Source: Antechinus flavipes (lineage: Eukaryota). From it: a stretch of DNA of 64,000 bases. How positions within the stretch are numbered: the first letter of the stretch is position 1; every line of letters begins with the position of its first letter. Where the stretch lies: NCBI RefSeq assembly GCF_016432865.1, contig NC_067404.1:10664001-10728000 (forward strand). The letters run 5' to 3'. Of this stretch, positions 22,949 to 34,000 are shown in pieces. The position numbers and the translations under genes are program-made. Below the pieces are notes generated by a model that was not told where the DNA came from, did not search any database, and saw only the letters and a list, made by a program, of their open reading frames with translations.

Positions 22949-24823
22949 TCTGTCTCTGTCTCTGTGCTTTCTGTCATCTTTTCAGTTTCCACCTTGCTAT
23001 CTCGGCTGTTAGTATGATTTGACTTAATTGGGTCTCAATCCAGGCTTTCTATAAAGTTGTATTTCTCTTGCCCATTTTTCATTGTTTTAGAAGGTAGTAC
23101 TGCTCAAAACCATCCACTATCCTCCCCTCAAAGATTTTGCAGATCAGTTTATATTCTTACTGGTGTTGCCCTTGAAGATTGTATTTTCTGTGCCCTTGAC
23201 TCCTTTCATTTAATGATCTGGAGCCATATTTTCCAATGTTTTTCACTGTGCTCTAATCTGCTCACCTTGAAGTCAAAATAGCTAGTAAAATATGATGAGT
23301 TTCATTTGAAAGATGTAATTGAGTACTCCATAGATTTCTTTCACCTCCATGTCCATTGTAACATCTCCTTCTGCCTCAACTGCTGCTATCTTCTTGGCGA
23401 TCTTGTTGCTTACTCTCATCACAAGAAAAGATGAATTAGCAAGTGATTACAATGGATATTTCTTCTTGCTTTTGGAAGCGTGACAAGACCAACCCTGCCA
23501 TGGCTCTTATTTACCACTTTAAGGAACACTTGTGAGCTTGTCTTCCATTTAACTGCAACATGTATCTTCTGCTTTTATTGATCGTGAAAATGTCCATCTT
23601 GATACAGCTCAGTTTCTCTAATGTTAAGTTGACTCCCTGGTTATTGAATAAGGATCTCGTCTTCAGAGTCATCATGCTACATGTCCATAGATCCAGGGGG
23701 CAAAAGAAGAAGGGAGGGGCCTAGGGCTGATGACCATTTGGTGTTTTCCGGGGTTTAATGGCCAAAGGTGATGACCTAGTTTACTGACGATCAGTGCCTC
23801 AGATGCTTTTGTAAACTAAAAAATTAACAGAAATACACACTATCCTTGATGTGATTTGAACACCTGTTAGTCACTGACGGTGAACAAGTAGAAGAATCAG
23901 GTGGCAACTCTTTTTTTTTTTTGGGGGGGGGCAGAAAAAGGCTGAGGGATAGGCAAGCAGATGGCCAGAGGGCATTTTGGTGAAACTGAGCCAGACAGGA
24001 CTCTTTCACAGCCTTAGCTCTTGCAAAGAAGTCTTCTTAGTTGGAGGGGAGGGGAGAAGAAGGGGAAGAAAGTAAAAAAGATCCTTTCTGTACTGAAGCT
24101 TTTGCTACCTGCTAATTACCTAAAGGAAATGAGATAAAATAGCCATTATTCCAAATTGAAGTGCTTTCTTCCTGTCTGAAGACCAGGGACAATCCTGCTG
24201 GGTTCAGACCATTCTGACCCGAAACCAAGCTTTTAGTGGGGAGACATGCTTTTAAAGGAGCTTGAAATTCTAAATGAGGCTGGTTTCCTGTGGCTCCTAA
24301 CTTTGCCGGACTGACGTGGAATCCTTCGGCTTTTGTGATGTGCCAGTGTCAGAGGACCCAGCTTCAAGCTTTGCCACCTACTCGCTATGTGGTCTTGGGC
24401 AAAGGGTTTCCTTTCTTGAGCCCGAGTTCCATTTCTACGAACTGACCCCTTCCCAGATGATTTTAAAGGGCCCTCCTCATCCAAGTCAACCCAATCCACC
24501 AAGTATTTATTCAATTCTTACTTTGTACCAGGCACCCTGCTCCATGTCAAAGAACAAAAGCAAAAAGCAAACAATCCCCGTCTTCTAGCTTTCGTGTTGT
24601 TAAAAACGAAAACTTCAGACCCAAATTCTGGGAGTGAGTGGACGAAGGCTCTGCAAGGTTTCTTGCAAGAAATGGATGTTGTACCCCTTTAAGAAAGCAA
24701 AAAAACAAAAACAAAAAGCCATGAAATTTACAGAAGCCAGAACCGGCAGTCGTATTCCATAATCTTGCCCTGCCTCCTCCTCCCCGCCTCAGAACTTCCA
24801 CCGGAAAATCTAATATTTCACAA

Positions 24824-25592
24824 TGATGAGATTCGATTAGGGAACCAAGATGATGAGATTAGGGTTAGGGTGGTCAGGGAATTAAATGATGAGGTTAGTG
24901 GCAGGTTCGAGGTTTAGGGAACCAAATGGAGAGGTTTGGCTCCCCTAAACCCCCTTGGGATTCACTCGAGGTAGGGGATTGTGGGAACCCCCTTCTGGCG
25001 ACGCAGAGGTCCTTCGAACCCGAAAAGCTAGACTGGCGAAAAGTTTATTATTGGCATTGAGAAGTCAGCCTTTGCTCAGCATGAATAGAAAGGCTGAATT
25101 CCTTAGTGGCAAGGTCCTGACAGAGAAGTAAAGTTTCTAGCAGAGAAATCCCAACAGAGAGGTATAAAGTCTTATTAGGGAAAGAGGTGAGGGAGATAAA
25201 GAGAGGGTAATGCTGAAAGAGAATGTCTTTTCAGCAGGCAGAGGTTTCCTTGGCATAGCCTGGCACGGCATGGCATGGCATGGCATGGCATGGCAGTCCT
25301 CCCCAAGGACTGAGTTTAAAATTGGCTCTTTTTATAATAGAAGCCTTGGCTACAAGGGGAGCCTGCTCCTGATGGGGGCTGGTGGGTGGAGTTTGAGCTG
25401 GAATCAGAATAGATAATCTTGGTATGGAATGGGTGTTGCTTCAATTCAACAGAGTCAATCCGCCCCATGTAGATAACAGAATGAAGCTCTTTGTTCTGTT
25501 TCCCTCGGGCTGGGTATTTTACTGAGGCAGGGTTCAAGGAGACTTTCTCCTTGAAGGAGTTTTAGCGTTTCAGGGCTCCCTCATCCACAACA
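24824..25592 (-). mobile_element. Solo LTR with internal (TGGCA)n pentamer run
   Basis: Minus strand reads TGTTG...CATCA, with TATA-like ctattataaaaag and polyA ccaataataaa. The segment gctgacttctcaatgccaat is near-identical to the 39.7 kb LTR. (TGGCA)x7 at 25261-25295. Confidence 0.75.
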
Positions 25593-28299
25593 CTCCCATT
25601 ACATGCACTCCTCGATAGGTTTCCATGTTCCCCTTGCCATATCATATGTTCCAAAATGGCGGCTGTCTCCTCCTTGAGGGAGGAGAAGTTAATATACGTG
25701 AGGCTTATTAAGCATGCTCAATTTAGAATTTCTCTTGCTCAGAACATAAACCCGGGTCATTTGCGCTCAGCCTGCGCCTGCCGTTCCTTCTGTCGGACCC
25801 CTACGAGACATCCTTTCATTCTCTTCAGCCAGGATGTACGGACCCTGAAACTTTGGTCACGTTCTTTTCTGCCACTGCAATGGAGAAGGAAGGCCGGGAG
25901 ACTCTGAAACTTTTCAACTGTGGAAAGAAAACCTTACCATTTTGCTTCTCGCGACGTTCCCTCGTTTCAGTGGTGTCTAACTCTTGGCTTTTCTTGGCAG
26001 AGATACTGGACTGTTTTGCCCTTTCCTTCTTCAGCTCTGAGGAAACTGAGGCAGGCAGGGTGAGATGCCTCGTCCAGGATCACATAGCAGGGAATGTCTA
26101 CGGCTGGATTTGAATTTGGGTCCGTTCCAGGAGGCCCAGCGCTCTCTCCCCTGTGCTCCCTAGCTGCTAAGTTACTATTGGGGAAGAGGAGGGAGGGGAA
26201 AGACAGGTTTAGCTAGTCATCTTTGTTGGATCAGCTAAGGAGCACCACAGTGCACAGAGTACCTGGACCTGGAGTCGGGATAGAACCAAGTTCAAATGGA
26301 GCCAGACGTGAGCTGTGTGATCCTGGGTAAGTCATTTAACCTTTGTTTACCTCAGTTTCCTCATCTGTAAAATGGGCATAATTATAGTACCTGCCTCTTA
26401 AGGCTGTTGTCAAGTATTTAGCATAGTGCATTAACCGTTATGTGTCAGGCCCTGGGCCAAGCCTAGGGGGTACCAATAACAGGAAAAAACAGGCACTCAG
26501 TTTTACAATGCAGTGGGGGAAGACTAGACAGAAAAGGAAACGGAATTTCGAGCCCTGTCTAAAAGGAGGCTGGGCAGCTAGTCAGATAGAATCCTGGGTC
26601 TAGAGTCAGGAAGTGATTATTCAGTGGTGTGTGTGTCTTTTCATGACCCCACTTAGGGTTTCTCTGGCAAAGATAGGAGAGTGCTTTGCCCTTTTCTTTG
26701 TCAGCTCATTTTACAGATGAGGAAACTGAGATAGACAGGGTAACATGACTCATCCAGGGTCGCATACCTAGTAAGTGTCTGGGCTTGTATTTGAACTCAG
26801 CTCTTCCTGACAACTAAGAGGCACAGTGGATCAAGGCAAAGGGTCGTCAGCCCGTTATATGCTTTATTATATGTTTTATATACATATATCTGTATATGAT
26901 ATAGATGATATATTTCTATTTGCAACCCTATATGTTGAAGCCCTTTCCCATCAGTCCTGCTAAGAATCCCCTTATTCTATCCTAAGGAGAAAGGGGATGA
27001 AGACATATTCTCCTCATTCGGGGAGCAAAGGAAATGTCTTCCCGAAGGTCATCCGGCCAGTAAGCAGTGCGGCTACAAGGCAGAGCTGACAATTCCCAGA
27101 ACAGCGCCTGGATCGGGCCTTGTAGCAACACCAAGAACACTAGACATGCATTTAGTGCCCTGGGTCTTTCTCTTCAGCGGAACACTGGCCCTGGCTCAAC
27201 ATCGGTTTCTTCATCTATAAAATGGGAATAATTCTATTTGCTCTGATAAAGAGTTGGCCTTAGAACCGGGAAGCGTTAGATAGAAGTGCTGTCTATGTGA
27301 CCCCCACGCTGGGCACTTAACCACTCCCTGCTCTAAACCACAGCCTATCCTAGCTCCACCACAGAGGCAGAGGGAGTTTCCTCATTGAGGTGGTAGTGTA
27401 ATGCCGGAGAAACTGAGGCAAGATAGAGGTTAGAGAGTTAGAATGATTTATTTGAAAGGGAGAGAGTTACTGGGACCAAATGGATCCATGGTTTGGTCCC
27501 AGGGCTGAATGAAACTATCTCCTCCAAGAATTCGGCAGCCAATGTGAGTTCCTGATGACATATATACACGTGGCTCAGACGCAGGGGTAGACTGAGGCAG
27601 GGGCGGGGGCAGCGAGCTGAGAGCAGGATCGGGACTCTGACAGGGTGGGGGGAGGCGTTCTGATAAGTAGGGAAGGGCTGGGGTCATGATGTCTAAGACA
27701 GAAGGTCTTTCTCCTTATCTGGATCATCCTGATTGGGAGGGAGGGGTGGTTTTGCAGGATCGAGCACAGAACAATTCAGAGAAACCGAGGCAGGACAATT
27801 TAGGGAAACTGGGTCAGGACGATCAAAGAGAACTGTGGCACAACGGTAGGTAGGTGAAAAACTTCGGGCCTGAAGTCAAGATCAAAGGTCACCTCTCACA
27901 CTTACTGGCTGGGGAACACTCTGAGCTTCCGTTTTCTCCTCTCTGAAATGGGAATAGCCCTCCCTCCAAACTAGGAAGAACACCATTGAAATTCTGCCTG
28001 TTGTTTTTCTTAGGAGTGAATCAAAGCAGACTTTTTTATTCTTTGACCTTTTCATTACTACAAAGGAGGCCATTGGGGAGGCCAAAATATATGGGAACGT
28101 AGTTATGATTTAAAAACCATAAAGACATCAGTGACCAAATGAACAGAAAACCAAGGAATGGACCCATTCGATTTAGCAGCTGGGTAGCAGGCTTCCTCTC
28201 TTTGGGGACTGGCTAGAATAAGGAGTGCTTAACTTGGGGCTTCCGTTCTTTGTTCTCTATCTGTCAGTCACTGGAGGGGCTTTTATCAAGTCGGGCCTG

Positions 28300-29120
28300 G
28301 TAGATTTCTAGGCTTTGTGCTGAATTCTGGGAAGACAAAGACCAGAACAAAAGAGTGCCTTTGGGAGCTTGCATTCCAATGAGGAAGATAGACATGTAAA
28401 TAAGGGGGCATTTACAAGATACTGAGTGGAAGCTGGGAAGAGGGGAAGGCCCCGGCCGCTGGGGACTCTGGGAAAGGTCTCCTATGGAAGTGGGTTTGGG
28501 GCTGAAGCCGGACTCTCTCAGAGGCCCGGCCGAGGAATAGTACGTTTGGTGGTGATGGACAACTGGCCCAAAGCGGGAAGGTGGGAGATGGGGCGTTATT
28601 TTTATGGAACACCAAGAAGATTGGTTTGGCTGGATCATTGAGCACATGGAGAGCGGTGTAAAACCGGAGTAAAGGCCGGGTTATGGAAGGCATCCAAAGG
28701 TAAAGAGAAGATTTTCTATCTGATTCTGGAATTTGGGGGCTTATGGAAGAGGGGCGAAGGGGGCCCAAAGCAGACTCGTGCTTTTCTAAAGTCACTTGGC
28801 CAACTGTGTGGAGGGGCGGCTCAAGGCTCAAGTGCGGTAATTAAGGTTTGAGGCAATGAAGGGCTTGCACCGGGGTGCTTGGCCCATGGACAGGAGAGAG
28901 GATAGAGGAGAGTTGTGAAGGTGGAAAGCATGAGGCTTGGTAAGGTTGGGTGGGTGAAGTGAGGGCAAGAGATGAGTGGAAGGTGGCCCTGAAGGTTGAC
29001 AGCCTGGATGACTGAGAGGCCCTGGAAAACAACTGGGAAAGTTTGGAAAAGGCGGGGAGAGATGCCGTTTTAGCCAGTTCCATTGGACTTGCTTAGCTGT
29101 CCAATCCCAGGTGCTGGTCA
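28300..29120 (-). mobile_element. L2 LINE relic
   Basis: Reverse L2 3' region ('gggagcttgcattccaatgaggaagatagacatg', 'gattggtttggctggatc...'). Confidence 0.6.
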
Positions 29121-30419
29121 TGGCGTGTAGAGCTTTGGTGAGAGCTTAGGGCTGCATGAGTAGGTTTATTATCTGCATAAAGATGGGAGTTGCACCAGTG
29201 GAATCTCCAAATGGGAGAATATAGAGAAAAAAAGAGGCAGGAAGCAGGGCGAGTCAAACAGGAAAAGGGTCAGTGCTGTAAGTCTGGAAGGAGGTCCCGA
29301 GGGAGCTGAGGAGCTTCCCAGTGACAGAGTTCCGGGCCTGAAGTCAGGAAGACCCGAATTCAAAACTGGCCTCAGACTTTAACCGGGGGACCCCGCGCCA
29401 ATCATTTAGTCTACATTCATTTCAGTTCCCTTTAGAAATGTAGAGCTTTTTGATTCTTCAAAAAATAGGCAAAGATGGTTTTCAACATCCGGCCTGGCAA
29501 AGCCTTGAGTTCCAAATTTTTCTCCCTCCCTCCTTACTTCACCCCTCCCCTAGCCAGCCCAGTCTATAACCTCAGTTTCCTTAGCTGTCACATGGAGATA
29601 CCGATACCTCCCAGAGTTGTTAGAAGGGATATTTAGAAAGTGCTTAGCGCGGGGCCTGTACGTAGTATCCGTACGTAGTCCTTAATACATGTTTACTCGT
29701 TCCCTTTGCTTCCCTACTACCCTTCCCCTCCGTCTCTTCAAGCATGTGTCGTTGGGATGGGCCATTAAGAAATCCTTGGTTAGAATAATTTTGGTTAAAG
29801 GATGAAACCGACGGCCAGATTGTTGAGAGTGAGAAGAGGGGAAATGGCGATGCCAAATGGAGAAGTTTAGCCGAGAAGGGGAGGAAAGTTAGGGGTTGAT
29901 ACCCGGCGCCCAATTTGGGCTTTTCATTCACGTTGATTGCAATCGTCGTATTTTGTTTTCTTGGTTCTGGCTAAATTCACTGCGACTTCCTTTTGTAAAT
30001 ACTACTAAGTGGCCCTTGGGAGGCCCCCCCCCCTCCCCCTCCCCTACACCTTTCCTTGCGCCTGAATCTTCGGAACTAACACTTCTCTGTTCTCTGCCTC
30101 AGCTATAGTGGTGGGCATTTTCTGCTTAGTAGGCTAGCCCCCAGACACTGCTCCCTGAATGGCCTCCACCATGGGAGCCATGCAGAGACGTGGTTGTGTC
30201 AGTAAAAGAAGCCGATGTGGAGACAGCCCCACAAAGCCGCCAGGTCCACCCTAACCATCTTCCCTTCCTCTAGAATTCATCTTTTTCTGGTTTCTAATCG
30301 TTTTTCTAGCTTTATCTAGTTGTGGAACCTTAGGCATACCTCTTCTCAACCCCTGAAGGGCCTTCTCGCTCTAATTCTATGACCCTTTGAATTTTCTATT
30401 CCTCAAAATCACTGTGGAC

Positions 30420-31040
30420 ACCCAGTGTCTCTCTGCCTCTCTTTTTGCCCTTTCATGGCTCCCTCCTGCTTAATTCAGACACCTCAGTTGGCATGTAGCT
30501 CTTCAGTCAGCTTTAGCCTACCTTTCCAGCTGTGTCTCTCACCTCCTCTACTTTCCAGCTGTGTCTCTCACCTCCTCTCCTTTCCAGCTGTGTCTCTCAC
30601 CTCCTCTCCTTTCCAGCTGTGTCTCTCACCTCCTCTACTTTCCAGCTGTGTCTCTCACCTCCTCTACTTTCCAGCTGTGTCTCTCATCTCCTCTACTTTC
30701 CAACTGTGTCTCTCGCCTCCTCTACTAGGCCACACCATAGCGCTCTCATTCCTGGCTCCCCACCTTTCTCTGTATTTGCTTGGCTCCCAGCATCTCCCAT
30801 ACTTGGAATCCTCTTTTCTTGACTTTTCAGGGGAAACTGACCTCTCCTCCACCTCATCTTTCTCTGGGCACTCTGGACCCTTGCTTTGTCTGTTACCCAC
30901 TGCCCTGCTTTCCTTATGTAGTTACAGCCATTGTGGACATGACTATGTTCAATCACTCTTTGGCTCTACTTCTAGCCTCTTGCTTTTCAGGCCAAGATGC
31001 TTTTCCTTGCACACCCGCCTCCACCCCCACACACCTTGTG
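30420..31040 (+). mobile_element. L2 LINE relic containing a minisatellite
   Basis: Pyrimidine-rich L2 3' sense sequence ('ctttagcctacctttccagc...', ending in 'cccttttgagcagagggactg...'). Confidence 0.55.
30522..30724. repeat. 29-bp minisatellite, 7 copies
   Basis: Unit ctttccagctgtgtctctcacctcctct(a/c) starts at 30522, 30551, 30580, 30609, 30638, 30667 and 30696. Confidence 0.97.
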
Positions 31041-34000
31041 TTGTTTCTTCCACTAAAATATAAACCCTTTGAGCAGAGGGACTGGTAGGATGGACAGACA
31101 TGAGGGAGTGAGTACAGAACAGAAGTGGGCTTGGGAAGAAAGATAAGAAGTAGGTATTAGAGTATATGAGGTCTCCCTTCTCAACCCCCAATTCCCACCA
31201 TTTCTTTTTTAGATCAAAAACTCCAAGATACTTCAAGCATCTTTGCTTGGTTTCCCCTGAGTGATGTTTTGTACATAGTAGGTACTTTGTGTTTGTGAAA
31301 TGAATAAACAAATGTTTTGAAACCCATTAACGGGTGTTCCCAATTGGTTGAGTTAGGCACTGCTGGGTTTTTATGATCACTGATTCTTCATTCCCCGCCT
31401 CCCCAAGAAGCTTTCCAACACCTTTCTAGCCACCGAGACTCACTCTGACCCCGGCCCCAGGGCCTGGTCAAACATTGCTTCTCTGTCCTGCTGCCTTTCT
31501 CACCTCTGGAACAGGGAGTAAAGAGGGCCCCTACTCACTGCTCTGCTCTTCCCCAGAATCTTTGCCGAAGGTTGACATTGAATGCTCCCCAGAGGCTTAA
31601 TCAGAATAACATCCGGAAGGAGGAGGCCTGCAATTCATCTCTCCATCCTGCAAAGGCCCAATTTTTTTCCCTCCTCTGCTGCTTACTAGACTAGAAAGGG
31701 GGAGTTTTAGTCCTAATCGGGCTGATTACAAATGGTTCCCCAAAGTACCTGGGAGCAGAAAAGGGTTTAGGGAAAGGAGAAAATCTGTCTTTTTTTTTTT
31801 TCTTTTTGGATGTCCTGATTATGTAGAATATAGCATTGGAGTGGTGGGTGGCACAGCTGAATCCTGCCATTGGGTAGAAAGGATCTTCTGGAGGCCTGGA
31901 TTGGAAGTCAGAGAATCTCAGAGGCTTAGCATTGGAAAAGCCCGAAGAGTGGCCAACTTTGACCTGAATCCATTGTAATTTACCCTTGAGTTGGATGGTC
32001 AGATAGTATTGTTAAATAATATTTGGAGATCTGGCTTGTGTTGTAGTCTCTCTACTCAGATTTTTTTTCCACAAAAATTAGTTTTTTAGTGTTTTTTTCT
32101 TTTTAAATTTTGAGTTTTAGATCCTCTCTTTCACTTTTCTCTTGCAAACTGACCCATCATTCTTTGCACAACATTAGGTGATTTAGCATTTTGGATTATC
32201 AAAGGGGAAGAAGAAGAGAAGGAAACAAGAATTTGTGAAGCATGATTAATATTTTTTATTATGGTGTTTAATGTATGCCAGGAATTGTGCTTTACAAATT
32301 ATCTCACACCGGAGAGGGAGACGCTCTTATTATCTTCATCTTACAGGTAAGGAAACTGAGGAAAACAGTTAAAGTGCCTTGCCCAGGGCCACACAGCTAG
32401 TGTTGGAGACCGAATTGAACTCAGGTCTTCCTTACTCCAGGCCCTAGAGCTCTTTCTCCCGCATTACCCAACAGCCTCTAGGACAACAACCACCTTCCAG
32501 ATCTTAGCAGGAATTTTGGAATCGGGATTTTGTGCCACTAATTCTCCTCTTTGACACTTGGTAGTTTACAAAGTGCTTTCCTCACAAGGCTCCGAGGTAA
32601 GTGGGACAAATGTTGCAGGGTTTCCCAGAAGTCTAAGTGACTTTTTCTGCTATTAAAACTTCAGAGGTGGCCTTGGAGTTGAGCTTTTAAAGGAGACTAA
32701 GAAGCTGAGGTGAGATGAGGAGAGCACGCCAGGCATTGCAGAGTCACGGACGTAGGAACCACATTGCCATGTCTGGGAATCCTCACGTGGCCATTTTAGC
32801 TGTGAGCCAGTTCACAAAGGGGTGTAATGTATAATCAGCCTGGAAAGGGAGATTGGAGCCAGGTTTCGAGGACCTTAAGAAGCCAAACAGTGAAACGGGC
32901 ATTTTCTGCACTAAAGTGTGAGATTGATTGATGGGCTCAGAACGGTGTTTTAGGAAATCCAGACATGCTCCAAAAGCAGATTAAAAAGGAATTGGGAAAT
33001 ATTTACCAAAATAAAGAAAATCACATCAAAACATAATAATATCTGGTTTTCTAACTTCCTAGCTCTTTCCTTACAGTGGAGTAGCTGTATCTATTTGAGT
33101 TTGACATCACTCACCCGGTGGGTAGAGATGGCAAAGCAATTAGGAGCCTATTGTGACCTCCCCAGCAGGAGATAAGGACGGACTCTTTATTGTTGTGGTT
33201 GTGATGGGACTGGAGAGAAGGGGAAGGGGCCTGGAGACGCTATGGGGGAAAATTTGGCGGTGGTGGTTGAGTTGTGTCTGAGTCTTTGTGACTTCCCATT
33301 TGAAGTTTCCTTGGCAGAGATACTGGAGTGGTTTTCCATTTGCTTCTCCAGCTCATTTTATAGATGAAGAAACTGAGGCAAACAGGGTGAAGTGACATGA
33401 CCAGGATCACACAGTTAATAAGTGTTTGAAACCAGATTTGTACTCTATTTCCCGGGCACCTAGCTGTATTTTGAGAACTGATTGGATTTGGGTGAGGAGC
33501 GAGTGAGAATAAAGAAGTGAGACTCCCGCGTCACCGATTTTGGTCAGCTGGCATTCTCTGTGTCTGTGGCTCTGTTTCCCTGCGATAGGTATTCCTGGGG
33601 AAGAGTCTTGTGTGGCAGGCACACTGTGCTGTGAGCTGCCCGGGGTCTGTCAGGGGTGGTTACATCCTTGCAAACAAACATTTTCTAAATAAATTCTTAT
33701 TCCCTTGGACTGTTAAGAAAAGCGGGGGAGGTTGTTGCTGGACCCTCGTCAGAGAAACGGGAGCCAGCAGCCGGTCATTGACCTGGGGAAGGTCAGAGAG
33801 GGAGATTGGACTCCATGGATCACATGACCTCCTGTGGTCATCTTCTCCATCCCTTGAGGTGAGGAATCACTGAACTGCTAGTGCTTCTAATCCCACAGAT
33901 TTGCTTCGGGAAGAAGCGAAACTGATGTGTTGGGGGCCAGAGCCAATTTCCAACCTTCACCATTTTCGATTTTAATTTCTTATTACCTCTGGGCGGAGTA

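Larger units (their letters stand above)
20925..23720 (-). mobile_element. Decayed RTE-clade LINE (endonuclease through RT), interrupted by an L1 and the assembly gap
   Basis: Frameshifted minus-strand translations match RTE motifs in order: ILLxxFxxKV and NIGKYGSRSLNERSQ (endonuclease, about 23230-23330), ERAARAEQVYPGEV..GSTILKIMKD and HLLSH..AIYTYIESSLDE (about 22090-22340), and EQAGF and IKQGINQRETHSSKLFIAVTGDALRRVQ (RT, about 20970-21370). Confidence 0.85.

Noticed and set aside
22477-22992. 171-aa ORF
   Set aside because: It consists almost entirely of the N gap.
27470-27502. 11-bp hairpin with a TTTGGTCCC arm resembling miR-133
   Set aside because: The stem is too short for a pre-miRNA, the match stops after 9 nt, and an 11-bp stem is plausible by chance in 64 kb.
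30522-30724. 29-bp repeats as a CRISPR-like array or RSX-type lncRNA repeat domain
   Set aside because: The units are contiguous with no spacers in a eukaryotic context, and the array is about 200 bp versus the multi-kb RSX repeats.
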